In this document: positions 17,399-27,400 of the stretch, piece after piece
Position numbering within the stretch: position 1 is the first letter of the stretch
Layout of the letters: each line of letters starts with the position of its first letter
NCBI GenBank assembly: GCA_020723935.1
Contig: DYHY01000001.1
Span: 51,265-115,015, forward strand
DNA from: Candidatus Micrarchaeum sp.
GTDB taxonomy: Archaea > SpSt-1190 > DYHY01
Direction of reading: 5' to 3'
Length of the DNA: 63,751 nt
The notes under the pieces: generated by a model
The model's input: the letters and a program-made list of their open reading frames with translations, nothing else
What the model was told of the DNA's origin: nothing
The model's database searches: none
Made by a program: the position numbers and the translations under genes

Positions 17399-20300
17399 TC
17401 ACGGCCATACCGCCAGGATCTGCGCGATAGCGGTCGCGTTCCAGTTGCCCGCCGTGTCGTTGGCCCATACCTGCCAGCCTATGAACGTGTTGTTGGCGAC
17501 GCCCGTGGAGTTCGTCCAGGTGAAGTTGGACCATCCGCCTGTGAAGCCCTGCGTCGCGCCGGTGTAGTTGACCCACGCGCCCGTCTCGTTCGTTGAGAGG
17601 AAGCTTGAGCCCAGCGCCAGGTTGTCGATCCAGGAGGAGGAGAAGAGGACCGCATCGCCCGCCGAGGCGTTGAACTCCGTCACGTTCTGCGCGTAGGACG
17701 TGAACTGCGGGGCGACCGTGTCCAATGTTACCGTGCGCACGGAGGAGTCGACGGCGTTCTGGGCCTCGTCGGTGATGCTGACGAAGTACGTGTAGAGGCT
17801 GTTGGGCTGGCCCGTGACGTTGAAGAAGCAGTAGTTGTTCGCCGGCGGAGCCTTGGTGAGCGCCATCGTGTAGTTGGTCATCGCGTTGAACTGGAGGACG
17901 CAGGAGGCGGGGTTCGCCTCTGCGAAGGTCATGTTGACCTCGACGTAGGTCCTCGGGACGCTGGAGCCGTTCGCGAGCGTCGGGGCGACGTATGTCAGGC
18001 CTGCCGGGAAGATCGTGTCGACGAGGAACGTCCTGTTGGCCGAGAACGCCGGGTTCCCTGTTGTGTCGTTGGCGAATCCGGCCCAGACGTACCAGCCGTC
18101 TGCCAGGGCCGCCAGGGTCGTCCAGATGGAGTTGTTGTAGGGCGTTGAGTTGAGGACCTTGAGGCCCCAGCCTCCGGACCAGTTGCCGTAGACGGCCAGG
18201 GCGGAGAGTGCGAGATTGTCGGTAGCGCTCAAGGAGAACGAGACCTGTGAGGAGCTGATGTTCGCGAAGGCCGCCGGGGCGAAAAGCGTGACGAGCGGGC
18301 CCGTCGTGTCGGTGACAGTCACGTTCGTCGTGTTGGCGCCGGGCGACGCGGGGGGGGAGATTGTTGCCGGAAGGCCGGTGTTCCCGTCGATTGCCGAGGC
18401 TATGAAGGCTGACAGGGAGTCGTTGGACGAGAGCGGGGCAGTGACGTTGAACACCGCCGTCGCGGTCTGCCCGCTGTAGATCTGGGATATCGTGAAGGTC
18501 GGCGGATACACCGGCATTCCCTGGGCAGTGGTTAGGTTCACAACAACGTCGTCGGCGGTCGCTCCCAAGGGGGAGGACTTGACAGTGACGTAGGCGGTGT
18601 AGTTGGCCCCCGTCCCTGGGCTCGCCGGGAATATCGAGAGCCCGGTTATCGAGACGTTGGCTTTGGAGAGGTTGTGGGCGCCGGCCAGCCAGCTGTAAGT
18701 CCCGTTGTACTTCCCGACGGGGAGGCCCTCTGGGACGAGGAAGTTGAGGTAGACCGTCTGGTCGCGCACGTATGCAGTCGTCAGGTTGTCGTCGCAGAAC
18801 GTCGCCGGGGTGTCGCTAGTGGCCATCGAATCCCTCACCTGGGAGATCTGGTTCCCGCCCGAGAAGCAGTGCGCCTGGTCGCGGTAGACGAGGCCCGCCC
18901 AGCTGTTGATGAAGAACTGGTCGCAGTCGAAGCAGTCGGTGTTGTTGAGGTTAGATGAGGTGAGCTTGGAATAGTCGCCCTTCACCGACATGTCGAAGCG
19001 AACGAGGAAGTGGTCGGTGCCGGTCCCGTAGGCCGTCTGCTTGGAGATTGAGACTGCCGTCTCGTTGAAGCCGGGCCGGGAGAGGATTGACGCGTTGGAG
19101 GAGTTCAGGTTCCCCGATACGTCGGATGTATTGACGAGCGCAAAGAGCGTCCCGACGGGGAGGTTCGCGCCGTCGATCCCCGACATTTTGCAGGACGATC
19201 CGGCGCATCCGGACAAGGGGGCTGCAGCGCGCACTGTCTGGCCGGCCGAGTCCACTATTTTGTAGGCCGACGCGGTGAAGTTGACGCCCGAGGAGTCCAC
19301 CCCGTACTGCTCGTCGAAGGAGACGCTCAGGTTGAAGGTCTCGAAGCCCACGTAGCTCGTGCCGTTGTTGCCGCTGACGGAGACGAGGACCAGGGGAGCG
19401 ACATTGTCCTGCAAGTAGAGGAGGAAGCTCTGTGCGGTGGACGAAGTGAAGGCGAGGTTCGTCGCGTTCGGGGCGTAGCCGGCCTTGCTCGCGTTCAGGA
19501 GGAGGGGCGTCCCGTCGGATGTCTCGCTTCCCGAGACGAAATAATCAGACCCCGAGGGAGCGGCTGTATAATTGGGGATGAATGTGGCCACCCCCTCCGA
19601 GTCTGTCGAATTTGTCGCGATGGCTATTCCTGACGAGAGGAGCTTGACCGTCGCCCCCTGTACCGGGGCGTTCGCCCCCCAGGCCTGGCGCACCGTCACA
19701 TTTATCTTGGCCCCTATCTTGATTGTCCCGAGGTTGAGCGGCGCGGTGGCGTTCTCGGCGGCCTGGTAGGTGTAGTTGATGGGGTTTGACACCATCTCGC
19801 CGAAGGACTGCTTGCTCGTGACGAGGAACACCTTGCTGGCGTTCGTGAGCTCCGTGTTGTTGAAGAAGCCGTCGGATGGCGTGCTCTGCCCGTTCACGGA
19901 GAGGAAGTCGCAGCCCGAGGAGGTCGTGACGCACGAGGCGACGGGCGCCGAGAGGGTGTTGTTGTAGAGCGTCAGGAGGACGCCGCTGACGGCCGTCCCG
20001 GACCAGTCCGACACTGCCGCGTGGACGTTCTGGGCGTGGAACGTGAAGTTAGCGGCCTGCGTCAAGGAGGAGAGCGCCATCCCAGTCAGGCCGACCGTGT
20101 TGTAGCCGGACTTTGACACTATCGCGTTCACCGCCGGATACGCCGTCGGGTCAACGTCGAAATACGCGATGTTCGAGGCGTCGGAGAGGACGATCTGCGA
20201 TGCCCCGGACGTCGTCTGGCCGCTTATTGTGATGGTTGTCCCGTTGAGCGGCAGGCCACCCCAGTCACGGGAAGTTATCTCCAGGGTGTAGGGCAGGTTC

Positions 20301-23300
20301 ACCGTGAGCATGGTCTGGTTGTTCGGGTACGTCGTGTTGACGGCTATCGTCGGCGTGTTCATGGTCACGAACCCGGGCCTTGCGACGGAGGCGAGGTGGA
20401 AGCCCGTCGGGAGGTTGAGATAGTAGAGGGATTTGCCGACGTCCTGGACGACCTGCGCCGTGGCGTTGGGAGTCACCACGACGGATGTCGCTATCGGGAC
20501 CCCGTCCTTGCTCCTCACGTCCAGGCGCACGCCGAAGTCTAGGGCCTGGAAAGAGGTCGTCTGGGAGGAGGCGCTGGAATTGACGTCTGCCTTGCGCTCG
20601 ACATACCCAGTCTTGTTGATTATCACCGACCAGGGGCCGGCGGGCAGGGCGAAGTAGTAGGTGTTGTTGAGGGAGACCTCCGGGACTAGGGGTGCGCGGT
20701 CGGAGAAGTTGAAAAAGCCGACGCCCGAGGACATCTCCGCCATGGACTCTGCGTTGTTGGGGAAGCGCCTCACGTCGAAGATGATGGAGTACTGCGGCGC
20801 GCTCGCGTCGCTTGTGTTGAAGTAGACGGTCGTCTGGCTCTCCTGATCCACGCCGCTAGCGGTCTTGGACTTGGTGACGAAGCCGCTCTTTGAGACGGTT
20901 ATCTGTGGGCTTGCGACGGCCGGGTCGCAGAAGTAGTGGTGGCCCAGCTGGCCGGCGACGGAGCCGCACCACACCGAGGTGTTGGAGACCGATAGGACCG
21001 CGCTAGTGAGGTTGGCGCCGAGCTCGTCGTTCACTATCACCCTTAGGGAGAAGTCGCTTGAGCCGTTTAGCACGAACTGCGGCCCAGCGGGGGAGGGCGA
21101 GGTGGCGGCGGCCGAGGTGAAGGCCACGAAGCCGGGCTTGGAGATCGTCGCTGCGGCGAAGGTCCCCGACGGGGAGGGGCAGCCCCAGTCGTATATGCGC
21201 GAGGAGCTGTTGACGCACGACGTGGTGCCGAAGGATATGGCGCCCCCGTTCCTGAGGTCGCGCAGCACCCCGTAGGCATCGTACGTCTTCACGAGGATCG
21301 TGAAGCTGTTGGAGCTGCTGATTGCTAGCTGGCTCCCTGTGGTCGCCGGCGAAACGAACGACGAGTTGAAATCTACGTATCCAGAGAGCCCGACCGTCGC
21401 CCAGGAGGACGTCGACGCAGGGACGGGGCAGAACCAGTCGCTGAAGCTGGAGTTTGTGCAGGGTCCTGCGGAGAACGTCGTCAAGACCCCTGGGACATTC
21501 AGGAGCGCGCCGAACTCGGACTTTGCGTTCACCCTGACGGTGTACCTGTTGGCGGAGGTGTTCGTTATCTGCGGGCCCGCGACGGTCGCCGGCACCGTCT
21601 GCCCGAAGAAGTAGTAGTTGAGGCGTCCGCTCGAAGCAGCGGGGTTCACCGAGACCGCTGCCGGGGAGGTGCCCGGCGCGACGGGGCAGCCCCAGACAGC
21701 CGAGTTGTTCTTCACCTGGCAGGGCACCAGGCCGAAGGAAACCGTGGAGACGTTCCCGCCGACGAGGTCCAGGCCGAGCTCGTCCTTCGTGAAGATCTTG
21801 AGGGAATAGGGCAGGGGCACGAACGCGGTGGACTGGAAGTTGGGGTTGAATGGTATTATCGGGCTCGTCAGGCTGAGGTAGCCGCCCGAGGGGTTCGCGG
21901 TGATTATTATCCCGGGGGATTCGTCGCCGGAGACGGCGGGGCAGCCCCACTTCATGCCGCTCGCGGTGCAGTTCCCGGAGAGGAGCTTGACCATCGAGAC
22001 CTCGGAGGCTGTCAGGGTTGTCTCGTTGAACTCGTTCCTCGCGTACACTATGAGGTCGAAGAGGCTCGTAGAGTTCATCACGACCTGCGGGGCGGAGGTG
22101 TTCGCGGGCGGGACGGTCCCCTGGAAGAGGAGCGTGACGTAGCCGGGCTTTGCGACCGTGAGGTTCCCGCCCGACGCGAGGCCCATTGTGAGGTTGACGT
22201 CCTCGGCGACCGTCGGGACGGGGCAGCCGTACTGCGAGAAGTTGCCCTGGTTCTGCCTGCAGAAGATCGTGGCGTTCTTGTGCGCGAAGGAGACCGCCCC
22301 CGTCGAGGTGTTTATGAACTGGCCGAACTCGTTTGAGACCTTGAGGAAGATAGTGAAGTTGGCGGTGATGTTTATCGCCGCCTGGGTTATGTTGTTGGGG
22401 CTCACCCCCGCCTGCTGGACCATCAGGTAGCCGGGGTTGGTGTGGCTGAGGTTCGCGTTGAAAGAGATCGTGAAGGGGCTGGTGTGCATGCTTATGTCGA
22501 GGGGGAAGATCAGCACCCCGTCGGCGGTCCCGTTGTGGTCCATCGGCGTCCCGTCCTGGAAGTTCTTCTGCCAGGGCGTGACGGCCGAGTCGCGCACGGT
22601 GATGTTCGCGAACGGCACCTGGTTCCCGAACTGGTCGGTGACGACGACCTTGGTGTTCGGGTCAAGGAGGATGTTTGCGTTGTTCGCGCCCCCCGCGGGG
22701 AGGGTCGCGTTGCACGACGAGACGGTCCCGGAGCCCACGCACATCCGCGACGCGTCCACTGTCACGTTGTTCCTCACGTAGGCCGGCGAGAAGGCGGTTA
22801 TGTTGACTATCGTCCCGAGGGGCACCGGACAGAGGTGGCTGTTTGTCCCTGCGCGAACGGTGCACTGCCACTGGCCGGCCCCGGAGGTGTTCTGGGCGTA
22901 GACGGTGGCGTCGGAGAGGTCGGGCCCGCTCTTTATCTGGTCGCCGTTGAGCTTGTCGGTCGTGTTGACCACGAGGGTGTAGATCACGACGTCCCTGCTG
23001 CCCGTCCCGAGGTTGCCAACGGCGTCGGGGATGGAGACGACGAGGGGCTCGGTCCCGAAGAGCGACACGTCGTTGGGGACCAGGACGTTCCCCGAGCAGG
23101 CCCCGGACGAATACGAGACGTTGAGGGCCGTAGGTATCCCGCCGACCGTGACGGTGCACTGCGTGTCGCCCACCCCAGAGGACGTGTCAAAGACCGTCGC
23201 GTTCACGAACACAGTCTCGCCCTGCCTGAAGTGGCTGTTGCTCTGGGGCGATATCACGGTTATCGAGGGCATCGTGTTGTCGACCGTGAAGAGCGTCGCG

Positions 23301-24493
23301 TTGTTCCCTGTGGTGAGGGGCTGGCCTATCCCGGAGATCCCGTCGAAGTACGAGACGGACACGTTCCCGAACCGCGGCCCCTCCGTCGCCCCGCTCGCCG
23401 TGACGTCGAATGTCAGAGTCTCGAGGGCGCCGCCGCCTATCTGGACGACGGAATCCGTGTCGACTATGACGTACTGGCTGCTCAGGTTCGCGCCCTGGCC
23501 GTTCACGATGTAGAGGTGCTTGCTCGTGAGGTTGGCGGGCGCAGTCGTGCTCGAGCTGCCGGCGTTCTGCACCTGGACGGTGACCCGCGCCGTCCTGAAG
23601 TTGGGGTTGTTGGAGAGGAACGTGACGTTGGAGACCGTGGATGCAACCGTGAGGCTGGGCGGGTTGAGGACGGTCGAGAGGGAGGTCATGGGGTTGGACG
23701 TCGTGTTGAGCTGGCTGTTCTGGTCGGTGGCGTTCGCGGAGAAGGACACTGTGAGGGGCCCTTGGGTGGTGTTGGCGAGGACTGTGAAGGAAACGTTAAA
23801 GTCGCCGGAGCCTCCGCCCGCGATCGACCCGATCGTCGCCGGGAAGACGGCCGCCGGAAGCACCTGGTTGGCCGCCTGGACCGCCACGCTCGGTATCACG
23901 TTGAGCGCCGTGGCGCCGCCCTGGTTGACGATCCTGAACAGGGCCCATACGTTCGTTTGCCCCTTGGAGACCTGCACGGGAATCGGGGTCACGACGCTGG
24001 CGGCGAGCTGCACCTTCGCCTGTATCTGGACGGACGCAGTCGTGTTCACCGTGAAGTTGGTCGCGTTCAGGCTGAAGACGGGTATCGCCGCGGTCCCGGG
24101 GGCGGCGGGCGCCGACGTGAAGTTGAAGCGGATTATGGCCGAGGAGAGGGGGGCGAGCGTCCCGTTGTAGCAGCTCAGGAGGAGCGGGGGGGCGCCGCCG
24201 CCCGGGCTCGTCAGGCTGTAGAGCGGGAGGGACGCCGGGCAGGCTATGCTGTCGGAGACTATTGAGCCGCCCGAGTTGAAGGGCGACAGGTCTATCTTGA
24301 CGGCTGTTATGCCCTCCCCGCCGGTGTTGGTCACGTTGAAGATGAAGGACACGTTCTGGTCCGTGCTGACGATCGTCGGGGAGACCGAGGCGGTGTGGGC
24401 GGTCGCTGCGAAGGCAGGGGAGAACACCAAGAGCAGCGCGGCTAGGAAAAGGAGATGCCTTGCTGCTGCGGGCGGCCGGATGCGCCTGCTCAT
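17399..24493 (-). CDS. Giant secreted surface/adhesin-like glycoprotein (about 2364 aa)
   Basis: ATG 24493 overlaps the upstream stop (ATGA). Signal peptide ...FSPAFAATA. Has Ig-like D-T-x-x-P boundaries, six tandem C..WGCP modules and very many N-x-S/T sequons. No C-terminal TM helix. Paralogous to 24490-30441. Confidence 0.8.
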   Translation of the reverse strand: MSRRIRPPAAARHLLFLAALLLVFSPAFAATAHTASVSPTIVSTDQNVSFIFNVTNTGGEGITAVKIDLSPFNSGGSIVSDSIACPASLPLYSLTSPGGGAPPLLLSCYNGTLAPLSSAIIRFNFTSAPAAPGTAAIPVFSLNATNFTVNTTASVQIQAKVQLAASVVTPIPVQVSKGQTNVWALFRIVNQGGATALNVIPSVAVQAANQVLPAAVFPATIGSIAGGGSGDFNVSFTVLANTTQGPLTVSFSANATDQNSQLNTTSNPMTSLSTVLNPPSLTVASTVSNVTFLSNNPNFRTARVTVQVQNAGSSSTTAPANLTSKHLYIVNGQGANLSSQYVIVDTDSVVQIGGGALETLTFDVTASGATEGPRFGNVSVSYFDGISGIGQPLTTGNNATLFTVDNTMPSITVISPQSNSHFRQGETVFVNATVFDTSSGVGDTQCTVTVGGIPTALNVSYSSGACSGNVLVPNDVSLFGTEPLVVSIPDAVGNLGTGSRDVVIYTLVVNTTDKLNGDQIKSGPDLSDATVYAQNTSGAGQWQCTVRAGTNSHLCPVPLGTIVNITAFSPAYVRNNVTVDASRMCVGSGTVSSCNATLPAGGANNANILLDPNTKVVVTDQFGNQVPFANITVRDSAVTPWQKNFQDGTPMDHNGTADGVLIFPLDISMHTSPFTISFNANLSHTNPGYLMVQQAGVSPNNITQAAINITANFTIFLKVSNEFGQFINTSTGAVSFAHKNATIFCRQNQGNFSQYGCPVPTVAEDVNLTMGLASGGNLTVAKPGYVTLLFQGTVPPANTSAPQVVMNSTSLFDLIVYARNEFNETTLTASEVSMVKLLSGNCTASGMKWGCPAVSGDESPGIIITANPSGGYLSLTSPIIPFNPNFQSTAFVPLPYSLKIFTKDELGLDLVGGNVSTVSFGLVPCQVKNNSAVWGCPVAPGTSPAAVSVNPAASSGRLNYYFFGQTVPATVAGPQITNTSANRYTVRVNAKSEFGALLNVPGVLTTFSAGPCTNSSFSDWFCPVPASTSSWATVGLSGYVDFNSSFVSPATTGSQLAISSSNSFTILVKTYDAYGVLRDLRNGGAISFGTTSCVNSSSRIYDWGCPSPSGTFAAATISKPGFVAFTSAAATSPSPAGPQFVLNGSSDFSLRVIVNDELGANLTSAVLSVSNTSVWCGSVAGQLGHHYFCDPAVASPQITVSKSGFVTKSKTASGVDQESQTTVYFNTSDASAPQYSIIFDVRRFPNNAESMAEMSSGVGFFNFSDRAPLVPEVSLNNTYYFALPAGPWSVIINKTGYVERKADVNSSASSQTTSFQALDFGVRLDVRSKDGVPIATSVVVTPNATAQVVQDVGKSLYYLNLPTGFHLASVARPGFVTMNTPTIAVNTTYPNNQTMLTVNLPYTLEITSRDWGGLPLNGTTITISGQTTSGASQIVLSDASNIAYFDVDPTAYPAVNAIVSKSGYNTVGLTGMALSSLTQAANFTFHAQNVHAAVSDWSGTAVSGVLLTLYNNTLSAPVASCVTTSSGCDFLSVNGQSTPSDGFFNNTELTNASKVFLVTSKQSFGEMVSNPINYTYQAAENATAPLNLGTIKIGAKINVTVRQAWGANAPVQGATVKLLSSGIAIATNSTDSEGVATFIPNYTAAPSGSDYFVSGSETSDGTPLLLNASKAGYAPNATNLAFTSSTAQSFLLYLQDNVAPLVLVSVSGNNGTSYVGFETFNLSVSFDEQYGVDSSGVNFTASAYKIVDSAGQTVRAAAPLSGCAGSSCKMSGIDGANLPVGTLFALVNTSDVSGNLNSSNASILSRPGFNETAVSISKQTAYGTGTDHFLVRFDMSVKGDYSKLTSSNLNNTDCFDCDQFFINSWAGLVYRDQAHCFSGGNQISQVRDSMATSDTPATFCDDNLTTAYVRDQTVYLNFLVPEGLPVGKYNGTYSWLAGAHNLSKANVSITGLSIFPASPGTGANYTAYVTVKSSPLGATADDVVVNLTTAQGMPVYPPTFTISQIYSGQTATAVFNVTAPLSSNDSLSAFIASAIDGNTGLPATISPPASPGANTTNVTVTDTTGPLVTLFAPAAFANISSSQVSFSLSATDNLALSALAVYGNWSGGWGLKVLNSTPYNNSIWTTLAALADGWYVWAGFANDTTGNPAFSANRTFLVDTIFPAGLTYVAPTLANGSSVPRTYVEVNMTFAEANPASCVLQFNAMTNYTMALTKAPPANNYCFFNVTGQPNSLYTYFVSITDEAQNAVDSSVRTVTLDTVAPQFTSYAQNVTEFNASAGDAVLFSSSWIDNLALGSSFLSTNETGAWVNYTGATQGFTGGWSNFTWTNSTGVANNTFIGWQVWANDTAGNWNATAIAQILAVWP

Positions 24494-27400
24494 GGCCAAG
24501 GCGGGGAGGGACCTCCGTCGAAATCGTATGTCGCGGTGTAATTGTCAGATATCGTGCCGGCGGGGACAGCGACCCTCAGGATAACGGACTGCTCCCTCGC
24601 GTACTGGGTGGAGAGGTTCTGGTCGCAGATCGGCTCGGTGAAGACGCCGGTCGTGTAATTGTTAAGGATGGTGAAGCTCCTGTTCCCTTCCGCGCCGGCG
24701 GGCCCGCAGCTCGTGGAGTTGAAATATGCCAGGGTCGCGCAGAAGCCGCCGGGGCAGGAGGCATCCGTTATGTTGAGCTCGTTTCCGGGGTTGAACACCC
24801 CCTTGAAGTTGGAGAGGAGCATCCTCAGGGAGGTCCCCTTGAGCGTCACGTTGAGCATTATCTTCCAGACGTCGAAGCCGTTGGAGAACGCGTGGTAATC
24901 AAGGAAGGCCACGGAGTTCTTCCTGACGCCCGGGCGGGAGTTAAGGTCTATAGCCGTGACGTTCTGGTTGCCGACGACGTCGGAGCTGTTCACCTTCAGG
25001 AAGAGGTGGCCGGTCGGGAGGTCCAGGCCGCTGATCGCGAGCACCGAGCAGTTGGCGGCCCCGGTGCAGACGTTAGTCCAGTTCCTGACGGGGAAGCCAG
25101 TCAGGTTCTCTATCCGGTAGTAAGTCCTGTTGGTGTTGAGGCCGCTCCCGTCCGCACCGTAGGGGTCGCTCGTGCTGAAGTTGAGGTCGAAGCTGTTGAG
25201 AGTGAAAGCGGTGGCGTTCGCCGGGGTCGCGACAACTATCATCGGCGGCTCGTTGTCCGAGAGGCTCCTATTGAGGAGCGCGGGCGCCGAGCTGTTGAAG
25301 GAGAGGCTCGTGGAGTTCATGGCGTATCCGGCCTTCTGGACGAAGAGCGAGTAGGGCGAGAAGTCCGGGAGCTCCGAGGGGGCGATCTTTGCGTCCGCCG
25401 CCGAGGCCTCCGCGTAGAAGTCGGGGCTGATGATCGCGTAGCCCGAGGAGTTGGTCGTGACTTTCCCGACCGTCGCTGCGGTCGCGTTCGTGATGTAGAC
25501 CGAGGCGTTGGCGAGCGCTAGGAGCGATCCCCAGGACTGGAAGGCGTAGACGCGCACGTTCCCGCCAATCCTCACGTTCCCGGCGTCGAAGGGCGGTGTC
25601 GCGTTCTGGAAGTAGTACGTCCCGTCCGCCTTCTGCACGGGGCCGAAGTCCGTCTTGCTCGCGCCGACCACAAGGGTGTCGCCCTCGGAGAGCTCGTTAG
25701 AGTTGAAGATGGAATCGTCCGGGGTCGTCGGCCCGTAGGACGAGTTGAAGGTGCATATGCCCGAGGCGGGCGTGACGCATTCGGCGAACTTGCTCAAAGT
25801 GTTGTTCCTGAAGAGCTCGATCTTTGCGCCCGCCACCGCAGACAAGTGCCAATCGGTGAGGTTCACGACGATGTTCTGCGCGTGGAAGGATTCCCATTCT
25901 CTCGGCGAGGCTGAGGACACGGGGCTAGGGCCCAGCGAGAAAGTGTTGTAACTGGCCTTGGCGACGTTTGCCGAGAGGCTCGGGTATGTCAGGGGGTCTA
26001 TCTCGAAGTACGCGGTGTTGGCGTTCCCTTCCAGGGTGACGGAGTAGAGGAGCGTCCCGTTGGGGGCCTTGATGTTCACCGTCGTGGCGTTGAGCGCCTT
26101 TCCCCCGAAGTCGAGGGAGGATACCTTCACCGTGTGCGGGAGGCGGAGGACGTATTGGGACTGGCCCGACGGATAGGTGCCGTTCGCGGCGACGGGCGTG
26201 GAATTGGTGACGAACCCCGTGCGCGACGCGGTGACGGTGGCGGCGCCGTTCGCGAGCGGGAAGAAATAGCTTGAGGTCGACCCGTTCTGGAAGAAGGGTG
26301 TGGGGGAGAAGGAGGCGCCGGAGACTATCGCCGAGCCGTTGTCCGAGAGAAGGGTCACCTTGACGGTGAACTGGAGGTCCGCCGAATCGATGTACGGGGT
26401 GGAGGGGGCAGTGGAGAAGGAGAAGAGCTTGTCGACGTAGCCCGACTTCCTCGCTATCATCGACTGCGTGCCCGTTGGGAAAGCGAAATAGAAGATGTTG
26501 GAGCTTGAGGCGGAGGGTGCCACGGGCGAGCCGCTCGTGAAGTTGACAAAGGAGACGCCCTGCGACATCTGGGTCGCGTTGTTTGCGACCTCCCTGGCGA
26601 CGCTTATCTTGGCTGTGAAGGGCAGGCCGAAGCCGGTGTTGTTGGTCATCTGCAGGAGGACCTGGGGGCCCGCGGAGGACATCCCGGAGGCCGGCGCGGA
26701 GGTCGTGACGTAGCCGGTCTTTGACACGGAGACTGTGCTTGAGTCGGTGGAGACGGCGCAGTAGTATCTGTTGGAGTTTGCGATGCACGATGGCTGGGAG
26801 AGGCCGATAGGGGAGATTGTGGCTCCGGAGAGGTCAGATCCGAGCTCGTCTGTGAGGACGACTTTCAGGGTGTAATTGTTTAACGACGTCACATGGGTCT
26901 GCGGGCCGGCGGAGGAAGGGGTGGAGATGCCCGTGGCGTTCCAGTCTATGAAGCCGAGGCCGCGGACCGAGACGTTCCCGGCCGAAGACCAGGCCGCCGG
27001 GCAGCCCCACTGGGACGGGGTGCTGTTGGAAAACACACACTGCAGGCTGTTGAACGTGACGTTCCCGCCCGCGGTGATGTTCGGGTAGTTCCCGAGCTCG
27101 TCCCCGGTGCTCACCATGACGGTGAACTGGTTGCTGGAGTTCTGCACGAGCTGCGGGCCGAAGGAGTTGGGGGCGGTCACCGGCTGCGGGGTGTCGACGT
27201 AGCCGTTGGCGCTCGCCGTGACCGTCGTGGAGACGGGGAGCGATATCGGGCAGTGCCATTCGTAGAGCGTCGAGTTCATGCATGCGACAGTCGTGCTGCC
27301 GGAAGCAAACCTCACCGACACGCCCTGGAAGTTGAGGGGCTCCTGGAACTCGTCCGTCGCGAGGACCTTTACCGAGTATTTGTTGGCCGAGACCGCGACC

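Noticed and set aside
22442-24265. Long ORFs antisense to or overlapping real genes, for example 22442-24265(+), 4242-6155(+), 8769-10067(-), 40439-41818(-), 36294-37310(-), 33326-33496(+) and 16475-17596(+)
   Set aside because: Their translations are Arg/Gly/Pro/Ala-rich low-complexity strings with no motifs. They lie opposite or out of frame to strongly supported genes. These are typical shadow ORFs of GC-rich DNA.
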